35,609 nucleotides of DNA from Octopus bimaculoides (lineage: Eukaryota). Of this stretch, positions 1 through 10,590 are shown piece by piece (position 1 is the first letter of the stretch; every line of letters begins with the position of its first letter). The notes under the pieces are model-generated. The model searched no databases. It was not told the DNA's origin and saw nothing but the letters and a program-made list of their open reading frames with translations. The translations under genes and the position numbers were made by a program. Where the stretch lies: positions 74,208,943 through 74,244,551 of the forward strand of contig NC_068990.1 in assembly GCF_001194135.2 (NCBI RefSeq), in the 5' to 3' direction.

Positions 1-224
1 GGCACATGAGATGCACCATTTTGAGCGTGGCCGTTTTCGTGCGGGTGACACGTAAAAGCACCCACTACACTCTCTGAGTGGTTGGCGTTAGGAAGGGCAT
101 CCAGCTGTAGAAACTCTGCCAAATCAGACTGGAGCCTGGTGTTGCCATCCGGTTTCACCAGTCCTCAGTCAAATCGTCCAACCCATGCTAGCATGGAAGG
201 CGGACGTTAAACGATGATGATGAT
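1..224 (+). mobile_element. RTE-tailed retroelement 3' end (family R), (ATG)n tail
   Basis: Contains GGAAGGGCATCCAGCTGTAGAAAC...CCATGCTAGCATGGAAGGCGGACGTTAAACG followed by (ATG)n. About 10 related copies occur in the window, and the copy at 34167-34600 runs into an RTE ORF2 C-terminus. Confidence 0.8.
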
Positions 225-279
225 ATTATATATACCTGTATATATAGATACATATGCACATACAAACATATATACAAAT

Positions 280-313
<34 letters not shown>

Positions 314-345
314 AAACATATGAATTTATACATACATGCATACGT

Positions 346-620
346 ATCATCATCATCATCGTTTAACGTCCGTTTTCCATGCTGGCATGGGTTGGACGGT
401 TTGACTGGGGTCTGGGAAGCAGGGAGGCTGCACCAGGCCCCAATCTGATCTGGCAGTGTTTCTACAGCTGGATGCGCTTCCTAATGCCAACCACTCTGAG
501 AGTGTAGTGGGTGCTTTTTATGTGCCACTGGCGCAGGAGCCAGAGAAGCTGGCATCAACCATGATCAGATGGTGCGTTTTACATGCCACCAGCATGGAAG
601 CTAGTCAAAGCGGCACTGGT
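346..620 (-). mobile_element. Family R copy, tail-to-tail with 1-224
   Basis: (CAT)n-GTTTAACGTCCGTTTTCCATGCTGGCATGGGTTGGACG is the reverse complement of the 1-224 tail; includes two ~65-bp subrepeats. Confidence 0.8.
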
Positions 621-789
621 ATATATATATATATATATATATAGTCCACAGATGATTCTCAGTACACAAGACACTTAGTAGTGGTCAAAAAATTCAAACT
701 TAGACTCCAATGTCTTTACAGGGGATCTATTCCACAATGTAATAGCTATGAGCAGGATCAAGGGACCACTTTAGAAAATCAACCTCAGT

Positions 790-860
790 GAACTCAGTCT
801 AACCCTTGCAAGCATGGAAAAGTGAATATTAAAACAGTGATGATGATGATAACGATGACG
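790..860 (+). mobile_element. Family R short degenerate 3' tail
   Basis: AACCCTTGCAAGCATGGAAAAGTGAATATTAAAAC followed by (ATG)n. Confidence 0.55.
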
Positions 861-1946
861 ACGACATTCATATATATATATATATATATANNNNNNNNNN
901 NNNNNNNNNNNNNNNNNNNNNNNNNNNNNNNNNNNNNNNNNNNNNNNNNNNNNNNNNNNNNNNNNNNNNNNNNNNNNNNNNNNNNNNNNNNNNNNTATAT
1001 ATATGAGTACTGTTGTTCTTGTTTAATTTCAGATACATGATTGGATGTGTTCAAACCATAATGTACTGATCTGTTAATAAATATAGGACTACACTGGCCA
1101 ATGTTTTCTTTTTCTTCTTAGGATAGTAGATTGCAAATTGAAGAAGGTTTAGCTGCTATTTCTAGCAGGTTGAGTAATTATATATACAGAAGCTCTCTTA
1201 TTGTTTTGTAGAGAGAGCGATGCACTTTGTTTATTATGAATGATAAAGGTGAATTTGTGTGAATATGATCTGCAAATGCAAATATTGTTTTTTATAAAAA
1301 AAATATTGTTCTTATTTTTACAAGATGTTTTATTTGTAAAAACCTAAATCAAGACATTCACAAATGTCAAAACAGTTAAAGCTATTAAATTAAAAACATT
1401 AAAAAAACAAGCGAACTATTTCACTATTTCACATCAAACTCATGTAAATTTATAACAATGAAAACCTAGCAACAGACAAAATAATAATAAAGTTAAATAC
1501 AGTTTTTTTTTTTAAAAAAAGAAAACAAAATTATTAATATATTCTACTTTTCATTTAGTATTTAATAAATTCAATTATTGAAAATCAAATTCAATATTCT
1601 TTGGTGTAGACAGTATTAATTTTTCAGACAAAAAAAATTGATATTGTCTGAAAAAAAATTGATATTTTTGTTATATTATTATATAATTTCCTCTGTTTGG
1701 TCCTAAATACATATAATTAAGTATTTGCATATACAATTTAATCAAAAAAATGCACACTTACAACTGACATATTCGTTTTCAATTACTAAGTACTTTTTCA
1801 AGATATTCATTATTTTCTTTGTTTTCATAATAGGAAATGTTAGTCATAAGTCATAAAAAAATTTCAAATTTCCTTATATGGTCAAGACAATGAAAAAATA
1901 TTGGATCTTCGTTTATTGGAGAAATATATTGATTTCTTTCGTTTAG

Positions 1947-2065
1947 GCATGAACTTTCAATAAACTTTGGGAATGAACAGGATATTGTGATGTTCATGGC
2001 TTCCCCAGTGTCACAGCGGCAAAGCTTTTCTTCAACCTATCATTTTAGAAAAAACAAAAATCCAA
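1947..2065 (+). CDS. Candidate internal coding exon, phase 2->1: HELSINFGNEQDIVMFMASPVSQRQSFSSTYHFRKNKNP
   Basis: Acceptor TTGATTTCTTTCGTTTAG|G and donor CCAA|GTAAAT; 119 nt with only one open frame. No homology recognised. Confidence 0.45.
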
Positions 2066-2221
2066 GTAAATAGATCAAGTGATCATTGCTAGAAATGACT
2101 TTGATTACAGACCTGCTCAATTATTTCTGACCTGGGGTTAAATAGAAACTAGAATATCAATACAAATTGTATTGATTTTATGAAAAATTGAACCTACATC
2201 AAGTTAGAAGCTACACTTAGT

Positions 2222-2455
2222 ATATTTATTTCATTATTGCCCACAGGGGGCTAAACATAGAGGGGACAAAAAAGGACAGATAAAGGGATTAAGTCGATTA
2301 CATCGACCCCAGTGTGGAACTGATACTTATTTAATCGACCCCGAAAAGATGAAAGGCAAAGTTGACCTTAGTGGAATTTGAACTCCGAATGTAATGGCAG
2401 ACAAAATACTGCTAAGCATTTTGCCCAGCATGTCCAATGGTTCTGCTAGCTCATC
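2222..2455 (-). mobile_element. tRNA-derived SINE family A
   Basis: Reverse complement of the family seen at 15340-15572 (GGCGAGCTGGCAGAA...GAGTTCAAATTCC...GACTTTGCCTTTCATCCTTTCGGGGTCGATAAA). Confidence 0.85.
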
Positions 2456-2956
2456 AACCTACTATACTGTGATGCTCATTATAAAAATATGTCTCTGCAC
2501 TTTGATAAAGTGTCATCTCTAACTGTAAAAAATTATGCTCGAACAGTTAAAATGGCTTTAATGAAAAACTATCCGGAAGATAATCATTTAAAAGGGTTCC
2601 ACTCCTTTTAAACATCCCTTTCTCATTAAGTATTTCATTGAACAATGAAACATAATTATACTGGAACTGACTGAATAGATAAAATGTCATCTTTCCATGT
2701 CCCATCATTCTGTATTTATGTCTTAGTCACTTTGTTTCTATTGGCTCAATTCACCTAAGTGGAAATATATAGCTTACAAGCAGCTTACTTCCCTTTACAG
2801 CCATCTTCATCAAATTAGTACTTCTCTGCTGACCACTATTATAGTTTCTATAGAACCAAAAATAAATCAATCCAGTGGTTACTAGCTTACTCTTGAAAGT
2901 ATCTTTGAAGCTAATTTTTTTCACATAGTGATAGCAATATTTTACTGTACCTGAAG

Positions 2957-3075
2957 GCAGTGAACTGGCAGAATCATTAGCATGCTGAGCAAAATGCTTA
3001 GTGGCATTTTTTCCACCTTTATGTAGTAAATTCAAATTCCACTCAGGTTGACTTTGCTTTTAATCCTTTTGTAAG
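2957..3075 (+). mobile_element. SINE family A, 5' half
   Basis: GGCAGTGAACTGGCAGAATCATTAGCATGCTGAGCAAAATGCTTAG...GTTGACTTTGCTTTTAATCC. Confidence 0.75.
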
Positions 3076-3351
3076 TGTACCAAAATTTCTCATGATCAGA
3101 ATGCTTGCTGCCCTAAGTTTATGACCAATTCCTCACTCCTTGAGTGTAATGTTAAGTTCAATTTGTATGCCATGGGGTGACATGAGCTTCAACATTTTGA
3201 GTGAAGTTTTTCATCAAAGAAAGAGAGATGGAGGGAAAGAGGGAGGAAGAGTAACAGAAAGAAGAAGGGAGAACATTTTTTTAATGTTTACTTTAGTACT
3301 GAGCATATGATTTTATATACACAGAAATATGTATGCTCAGTGTCACCACTC

Positions 3352-3420
3352 ACCATCATCATCTTCAACGTTTCACATCTGCTTTTCTATTGTGGTATGG
3401 TTTAAACAGCTTCTCTGAGG
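3352..3420 (-). mobile_element. Family R short degenerate tail
   Basis: (CAT)n then ACATCTGCTTTTCTATTGTGGTATGGTTT, a degenerate match to the family tail. Confidence 0.45.
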
Positions 3421-3778
3421 CAGAATATTATGATTGAATATCTCCCATGTGCCGACCTTTTTAGTTGTCTTTTATGGCATGCAGCAATACAATACATCTA
3501 TTCTAAAACTGGGATACACACTGCAAACACTCAATAGAATCATAAACGTTAAAAATGAGTCATCTTTTCTTGAATCATTACTGGTCTTGTCTTTCTGTAA
3601 CATAAGAATTTATAGAAAGCTGCAAACTTTACAAAAAACTTCTAGTATAGAATCAATACTAGTTTCTCTGGAATGTTGTTTTGTTATTTGATTTCTTATG
3701 TCAACCAGAGACGTGTACTATTAACGAGTTTAGAACTCATAATCATATAACCAGTGGTTTAGCACCTTAAGCTCCCAG

Positions 3779-3836
3779 TTATTGTGTTCTTGAAATTAAT
3801 GTCAGAGGTGGATTTGTTCCACCTCTGCAAACATAC
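3779..3836 (+). CDS. Candidate exon (phase 1->2 IVFLKLMSEVDLFHLCKH, or phase 2->0 YCVLEINVRGGFVPPLQTY)
   Basis: Consensus donor AC|GTAAGT at 3837; modest acceptor CTCCCAG|; two open frames, so the frame is ambiguous. Confidence 0.25.
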
Positions 3837-4319
3837 GTAAGTGAGATATATAAATATTGATTAATTTAAGGATTGAATAGAACAACAGAACAAACCTGCT
3901 CAAGATCTGAGAAATCTACTGGCCAGTGGTTACCCAATTAAATTTCATCCCCAGGATAATATTGAATGTAATAATTATCTTAATTCACATGCTTAAACTA
4001 TCAGAATACAAAGTCATGATTGTAATTTACAAACTGGAAGATATCGTTATTACATCTGAAAGTTAAGAAGCTCCGACATTAGTATTAATTCACTAGTAAT
4101 GAGTTGTTTTGTTAGTGAGTTTGTTTAACAGAATAATCTTCTAAATTATATGCTTCAAGAAATTCTATTGAAAGGGAACAGTTAATATTGGCAACTAATA
4201 GTTTGCAGTAAATAGCAGTTGAAATACATTAAGTGAAGTACCAATATATAAAAGATTTAGATATTGACTTCTGCAAATCTGCTTTTAATTTATCACAGCT
4301 AATCTTTGTCTCATATCAG

Positions 4320-4494
4320 CAATTATAAATCTCATTACATCAAACATTGTGAAGTAGCTCTGATCAGAAAAGCCCATAAATTTCTTCTCGCACAAGATCA
4401 ATGCAGTACGCGTAATTGCATTTCTCAGAGAAATTTATCTACAATCAACTATCTTTGGATTGTATCACTGCCTACTAATATCCTGAGTACCAAA
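4320..4494 (+). CDS. Candidate exon, phase 2->0 (NYKSHYIKHCEVALIRKAHKFLLAQ...TNILSTK)
   Basis: Lies inside ORF 4306-4566; acceptor CTTTGTCTCATATCAG| and donor AAA|GTAACT; 58 open codons. Confidence 0.3.
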
Positions 4495-4730
4495 GTAACT
4501 CCCAAATGTTATAATCTGAATTACAGTCACACTAATCTAACTTACATCAATCTATATTTGAAATGATTCTGAAAGCACAATCAACTATCAACAACTCAGA
4601 GATAATTGCCAACTTTTACTAGTTTGACAAATTAGAATAACAAGAGATTCTTCAAGTCATATCAGACACTGCAGTGTCTACACTTGACATCACAAGTAGG
4701 GAAACATTCTCATATGGTGTAATTTTATAG

Positions 4731-4786
4731 GATTTGAGGATTTATCTTTAAATACAGTTGAGAGGCTATTATCTTTCATCATTAGA
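4731..4786 (+). CDS. Candidate exon, phase 1->0 (FEDLSLNTVERLLSFIIR)
   Basis: Acceptor TAATTTTATAG|G and donor AGA|GTATGA; phase-compatible with 1947-2065. Confidence 0.35.
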
Positions 4787-5371
4787 GTATGATATATATT
4801 ACAGAAAAAATAAAAAATAAAACAAAGTTTAAGCTAAAATATAGCAAATTATATATAAGTGTTTTGGAATTGATATAACAATAAACATTGAATGCCATTC
4901 TTAAAGAAAAGGTCCTTCACGTTTTTCTTATACTAAAATTTTCACTTCACATTAAGAAGGAAACAATTAAATTGAGATATATTCAAAAGTATCTTCTATT
5001 TTAATAACAAATTCAAAATGGAAACAAAAAAGTTAGATCAAACATATATAATCTCCTTCACTATTAATAAACACACACATACACACATATATGTAATTTA
5101 TCTTTATATTATACTCCATCATAGATGGTTACTTTTATTTAATTCTTAACCCTTTAGAGCCCAGCTATCTATTTTGGTATGATATTATTGTACAATGGGG
5201 GAAGATGAAAGCACATCATAAGAATAAGACTAATTCTCTTATAATGTATTGCTTTGAAGTTTAAACTTCTAAAATGAACCAGTTTTGAATTTGTTGCTGT
5301 TATGTTAAACAGTCATATGTCCAGGTTTGGCCAAATGCATTTGTTTTTTAATATCTAATTTTTCTTCAGAT

Positions 5372-5585
5372 GGCGAGCTGGCAGAATCGTTAGCATGCTG
5401 GGCAAAATGCTTAGCGTTATTTCATGTCTTTACGTTTTGAGTTCAAATTCCGCTGAGGTCGACTTTGCCTTTCCTCCTTTCGGGGGTCGATAAAGTAAGT
5501 ACCTGTTGCATACTGGGGTCGATCTAATTGACTGGCCACCTTCCCTAAAAGTTTCAGACCTTGTGCCTAGATTAAAAACGAATAT
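5372..5585 (+). mobile_element. SINE family A, full length
   Basis: GGCGAGCTGGCAGAATCGTTAGC head, B-box-like GAGTTCAAATTCC, core GTCGACTTTGCCTTTCCTCCTTTCGGGGGTCGATAAAG. Confidence 0.9.
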
Positions 5586-5677
5586 TTATTTTTTCTTGCA
5601 ATAGCCAATTCTTTTGGTCAAGCTATCATATCTCCAGCTGCTTCAGATGAAAACTATCAAAGTGTAGTACAACGTGT

Positions 5678-6275
5678 GCTATATATAAGAGATGAGGAAT
5701 TATGTACATTATTTATATTATTTGCATTATTTACATTTGACGGATATTTGTCCTCATCTTGTTTGTTGTTAACACAACATTTTGGCTAATATACCTTCCA
5801 GCCTTGATTAAGTGACTTGGGAAATTTCGAACCTGGGTTCTCATTCCTAAAGTATTTTTCGATTTTATTATTATTATTATTATTCAGGTCACTGCTTGGA
5901 ATCAAACTCAAAATCTTGGGGTTAGTAGCCCGTGCTCTTAACCAGTACGCCATATGCCCATTGGCAATTGTGGAGTGAATTTTAGGGTTTATAAATCTAA
6001 TATTTTCCTGTCCTTCCTTAATACCAGTTCCCATATGCTATTCATATCTGAAATCGGTCTGCTTAGGAGGTTGTTGTGTTCTAGCACTTGTGCTGCTTCT
6101 TTTAGTTTTTGTATTTTCCATACATGGTCAGTTATAACTGATTTATCAATATCTCCTCGTATCACAGCTTTGGGGTGTTCCTCTACCCTTATTTTGAGGG
6201 GACAACATGTTTCGCCTTTGTATAGCCTACCACAGCTGCATGGTATGGAGTACACGCAGTTTTTGGTCATATTCT
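5678..6275 (-). mobile_element. Penelope-like element 3' fragment: GIY-YIG endonuclease remnant plus 3' terminal region
   Basis: ORF 5989-6270 reads CVYSIPCSCGRLYKGETCCPLKIRVEEH...DHVWK...KEAA, matching the PLE endonuclease pattern VY.I.C.CG..Y.GET...L..R..EH. Confidence 0.85.
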
Positions 6276-6730
6276 CCTTTGGGTAAAACCACCAACAGAA
6301 AAGAATATGACCAAAAACTGCGTGTACTCCATACCATGCAGCTGTGGTAGGCTATACAAAGGCGAAACATGTTGTCCCCTCAAAATAAGGGTAGAGGAAC
6401 ATCCCAAAACTGTGACACAAGGAGATATTGATAAATCGGGTATAGATAGATGATCATGTATGGAAAATGGAGACCACCTCCCCTTGTGGGATGAAGTTAA
6501 AATAATAGACAGAGAACACCAGTGGAAAATACAAAGACAAAAAAAGAAACAGCACATATGCTAGGACACAACAACCTCCTAAGCAGACTAAGTGCAGATA
6601 TGAGTAGCATATGGGAACCTGTATTAAGGAAGGATAAGAAAATATTAGACTTATAAGCCCTAAAATTCACTCCATAATTGTCTATGGGCATATGATGTAG
6701 TGGCTAACAGCATGGGCTACTAACCCCAAG
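6276..6730 (+). mobile_element. Penelope-like element, inverted second copy with frameshifted GIY-YIG
   Basis: Reads VKPPTEKNMTKNCVYSIPCSCGRLYKGET..., then GDHLPLWDEVKIIDREHQWK after a frameshift; reverse complement of the left copy. Confidence 0.85.
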
Positions 6731-7445
6731 GTGGGGAATATATATTCATGAAAAGCAGAAAACCGGTCCTTATGAGTCAGCATGACTCGAGAAGGTAACT
6801 TTACTTTTTTTTACGATATCTACAGCTCAATGAATAATTCGTTTATGTATGTTTGCTAACGAGTTCAGCTACTTATATTGCCCATTGGTTAATTTATCGA
6901 CCTCTTCTCATGGCACCAACAGACAAAATAGAAAAGGTGTTGTCTTGAAGGCTAGCAAGGGAGATGTACTGGAACAGCTGCTCTGACTCACAGGGCTTGC
7001 ACTTGCAGGATAGCCATCTCTGCCTTGATTGCAGTGAGCAGAGATACGATCCAGGGACCAAGAACACCAGAGGTCTTAAATGACAAAGGCTCAACTATAA
7101 ACTTGTCATAAGGTGACTAATACCTTGACAGCTTGCTTTTCTCAGCCTGACAAGCAGTGGAGAGTGAGCTGGCAGCTGACAACACTAAGTTGCCACTGGA
7201 GAAGGTCTCACAGCATGTGGGATCTCAGATGGGGGGGGGGGTGCTATTATCCTACAGTCTGGCCTTTTACCATCCCCTCAGTCTAGCCACACTGGCTCAA
7301 GCTGGGAAGAGAAGCCTGCAGTGTTTAGGCTTTGCTTTATGATCTTGTTTAGGGTGGTATGGCATGGAAGGCAGCTAGCACTATGATGGCATGACAGTGG
7401 GTGGAGGCTACAAGGTTCCAAAGTGGAGCCACAGTAGTGTTCATT

Positions 7446-7564
7446 TTATTATTCTTTTATTCTACTAAGTTTCTAAGACATAAACACACAAACATTGGTT
7501 GTCAAATGATGGCAGGGAGAGGGATAACACAGACATGCACACATAAATAATACATACATACACA

Positions 7565-7601
<37 letters not shown>

Positions 7602-7612
7602 ATGCACACACA
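7446..7612 (-). mobile_element. SINE family B 3' fragment with (CA)n
   Basis: CTAAGTTTCTAAGACATAAACACACAAACATTGGTTGTCAAATGATG matches the family B 3' half (compare 21880-21950). Confidence 0.6.
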
Positions 7613-7843
7613 TAACCTATATTAAATTAAGAGAAGGAAATGGAGATTTAGTGGCTAATAATTATTTAATAAATAATTATTAACCAGTAACTCTCGATTT
7701 CCTTAATCTAATATGGATTATATACTTAATACATACCTATTGATTGAGGGAAATTTTGTTTCCTAAAGATAGAAGGCATAAAAATCAATGTTTTCTTGGA
7801 TGTAATCATCACTTTGAGATTAATATATCCTCTAATTAACTAA

Positions 7844-7846
<3 letters not shown>

Positions 7847-7888
<42 letters not shown>

Positions 7889-8047
7889 TGTACTTCTTTC
7901 AGGTTTCGTCATCCACTTCCACTCACAAGGCTTTGGTTGACCCTAGGCGATAGTAGAAGACATTTACCCAAGATTCCATACAGTGGGACTGAACCCGGGA
8001 CAATGTGGTTGGAATGCAATCTACTTACCACACAGCCATGCCTGCAC
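7847..8047 (-). mobile_element. SINE family B 5' half with (GT)n
   Basis: CCACTCACAAGGCTTTGGTTGACC...GGGACTGAACCCGGGAC...TTACCACACAGCCATGCCTGCAC. Confidence 0.8.
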
Positions 8048-8399
8048 TTGTTGCATAATATTTCTTACATTCAATAATAATTTCTCACATCCCCTCCATA
8101 TCATATGCCAGAGCTAAATCAATGTCACCAGCATCTACAATAACATATAATTTTAGCAAAAATAAACATTCAATTTATTATTTATGTATGTATTTAATCA
8201 CTTAACATTCATTGGGCAAAATGTCGTTTGTAAGCACCATTAACATTATCATCTGCCACACTCCTGTTTTGCTTTTAATGGGCTTATGCGTGTTACTCAC
8301 AGTAACTTTAATATGATATCAATTATAAATTTAGATTTAAATTCATCTCTGTTTCGTATAGTCCTGTTCAATTCTGATTATATATTAAATAATTTTCAG

Positions 8400-8477
8400 A
8401 TGAATTTATATCCATTGCTTCTGTTCAAAGTGCATTACATGGAGGTTTTTGCTATTAGATTATTAGTTATGTCCTAA
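8400..8477 (+). CDS. Weak candidate exon (MNLYPLLLFKVHYMEVFAIRLL, or DEFISIASVQSALHG)
   Basis: Good acceptor AATAATTTTCAG|A but no convincing donor, so the end is uncertain. Confidence 0.2.
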   Translation: MNLYPLLLFKVHYMEVFAIRLLVMS

Positions 8478-8675
8478 GTTGTTGCTGACTGAATCATATC
8501 TGAAGTTAACTGAAGTGGTGTATGAAAAATTACTTCAGAAATTCATAATGAGAGAAATAACAGTGCACTAAAATTATAAAGTTCTCTTATACAAATTGAT
8601 TTCTTTTGACTAAATATAATAGAGGCAAGTTTTCAAGGAGAGTGTCTGTAGTCAATTGAATATATTCCTGTTTAT

Positions 8676-8681
<6 letters not shown>

Positions 8682-8721
<40 letters not shown>

Positions 8722-8729
8722 ACGCAAAC

Positions 8730-8761
<32 letters not shown>

Positions 8762-8921
8762 ATATGCATATATATATTATATATATATATATAAACACAC
8801 ACATATATGCATATATATACATATATATATATACACACATATATGCATATATATATATATATGTATACATATATATATGTATGTGTATATATATATGCAT
8901 ATATATATGTATGTATGTATG

Positions 8922-8999
<78 letters not shown>

Positions 9000-9000
9000 C
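8682..9000. repeat. Compound (TA)n/(CA)n microsatellite
   Basis: Directly visible; source of five spurious overlapping ORFs. Confidence 0.97.
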
Positions 9001-9181
9001 AGTCATTATGAATTCAACTGTGGGTTGAAAAGTAGTGTTGACCATAATAAAATTCATAAAGGAATGAATCCAGAACATGTACACCAGTAAGCCTCTTGAC
9101 AATTGAAACTTGAGGTTTTCGTCAACACCTTTCATACAATCCATTGTACTCCTGATATGGAGTTCTGTTAAGAAATGTTTG

Positions 9182-9416
9182 TTAACCCACCTGTTACTGT
9201 ATTTTATTTATTTTGAGATGCTCTGTGTTTCTTTCAATTAATTTGAAATATAACAAAGAATTTAGTAAAATAACTTAGTTATCATTAAGCTAGTGTTAGG
9301 AACATAAATTGTGACTAAGGTTTAGTGGAAGATTTTAATTCAAAACTTATGTAAACAAGACATTTATATTACAAAGCCAGAGGTGGTTTCAGCCGGGTTG
9401 GTATCAAAAGGGTTAA
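9182..9416. mobile_element. piggyBac-type MITE (family M1) with TTAA target-site duplication
   Basis: Bounded by TTAA-CCC (9182) and AAAGGG-TTAA (9416); no coding capacity. A right-end fragment recurs at ~31335-31360. Confidence 0.7.
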
Positions 9417-9884
9417 TATACATTTATCGACATCAGTACCATGTAACATCATCCTCATCATTATCATTTCTGTATTCACTTTTCTGTGCTAGCATCGATC
9501 TGGTAGAATTTATTGAGGCAAATGTCCAATAACCTGAGGCCTGCCCTGTTGTCAACTCTTTCGTGTTTTTGAACAGAGTCATATTACCCTAAGAAAGGGA
9601 GACACACATTTAGATTGCATTTTGATTGCATTTAGGATTCCTAAATTGGAAAGAACTTTTATTCTTATTTACAGAAATAGCCCCATGCTTGAGAAGTTTC
9701 TTTTACAACCAAATGGGTTTGAGTTCAAGTTGAAGCACAATGGGTTTGATCCCTCTCTGGTGTTACCTTTGGCAGATATCTTCTTCTATGGATTCAGGCA
9801 AACAATACTTAGAGAAATTTAGTAGCTGGAAACTGTAAGGAAGTCCATCATATATACACAAAGCACTTACAAATGAATGCACGC

Positions 9885-10025
9885 TCTACCACATGGTTCC
9901 TAGTTCATTCCCATGGTATGGTTCCTTGAGCAAGTGTTTTCTACTATGGCTCCCAGATCAACCAAAACCTTTTGTGTGGATTTTGGAAGATAGAAATTGA
10001 AACAAGTCAGTTGCATATATATATA
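9885..10025 (+). mobile_element. SINE family B degenerate 5' half
   Basis: ACCACATGGTTCCTAGTTCATTCCC...CCTTGAGCAAGTGTTTTCTACTAT...GGATTTTGGAAGATAGAAATTGAAAC. Confidence 0.65.
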
Positions 10026-10026
10026 T

Positions 10027-10542
10027 GTTCTTTTATTCTTTTATTCCTTTATTTGTTTCATGATAATCCACTGAGCTATGGGACCCATTGTCTTATGTCA
10101 GACAAAAAAACAAGTCCTCATGTTACATAACCTTTCCTGTGTCTTAATCTTCTTTGTAATTGTTAATGTAAGTGAAGGTACATGGCTTAGTGGTTAGGGT
10201 ATTTGGCTCACAATTGTAAGGTCATGAGTTCAATTTCCAGCAGTGCATTGTGACTAATGCTAGAGCACCACATTTAGTCTAGCATCCTCAGGACTTATTC
10301 TTTGTAAGCCTAGTACTTATTCTATTTGTCTCTTTTACTGAACTGCTAAGTTATGGGGACGTAAACACACCAGCATCGGTTGTCAAGCAATGGTGGGGGT
10401 ACAAACACTGAAACACATACACATAATACATACATACACACATACACACACATACACACACATACACACATGCACGCACACATACACACATACACACATA
10501 CACACACACATACACACACATACACACATGCACGCATGCACG

Positions 10543-10582
<40 letters not shown>

Positions 10583-10590
10583 CATAAATA
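10027..10590 (-). mobile_element. SINE family B 3' half, interrupted by a 192-bp captured segment (10059-10250)
   Basis: Tail TTCTTTTATTCTTTT...TGTTTCA, then the insert, then TGACT...GAGCACCAC...GGACTTATTCTTTGTAAGCCTAGTAC, then a (CA)/(TA) tract. Confidence 0.85.

Noticed and set aside
1122-1168. Phase-compatible exon DSRLQIEEGLAAISS upstream of 1947
   Set aside because: The AGCTGCTATTTCTAGCAGG segment resembles an interspersed repeat I recall from octopus DNA (unverified), so the splice-like signals are probably repeat-derived.
5146-5300. Additional TTAA-CCCTTT MITE
   Set aside because: Only one terminus is visible; no matching AAAGGG-TTAA end was found.
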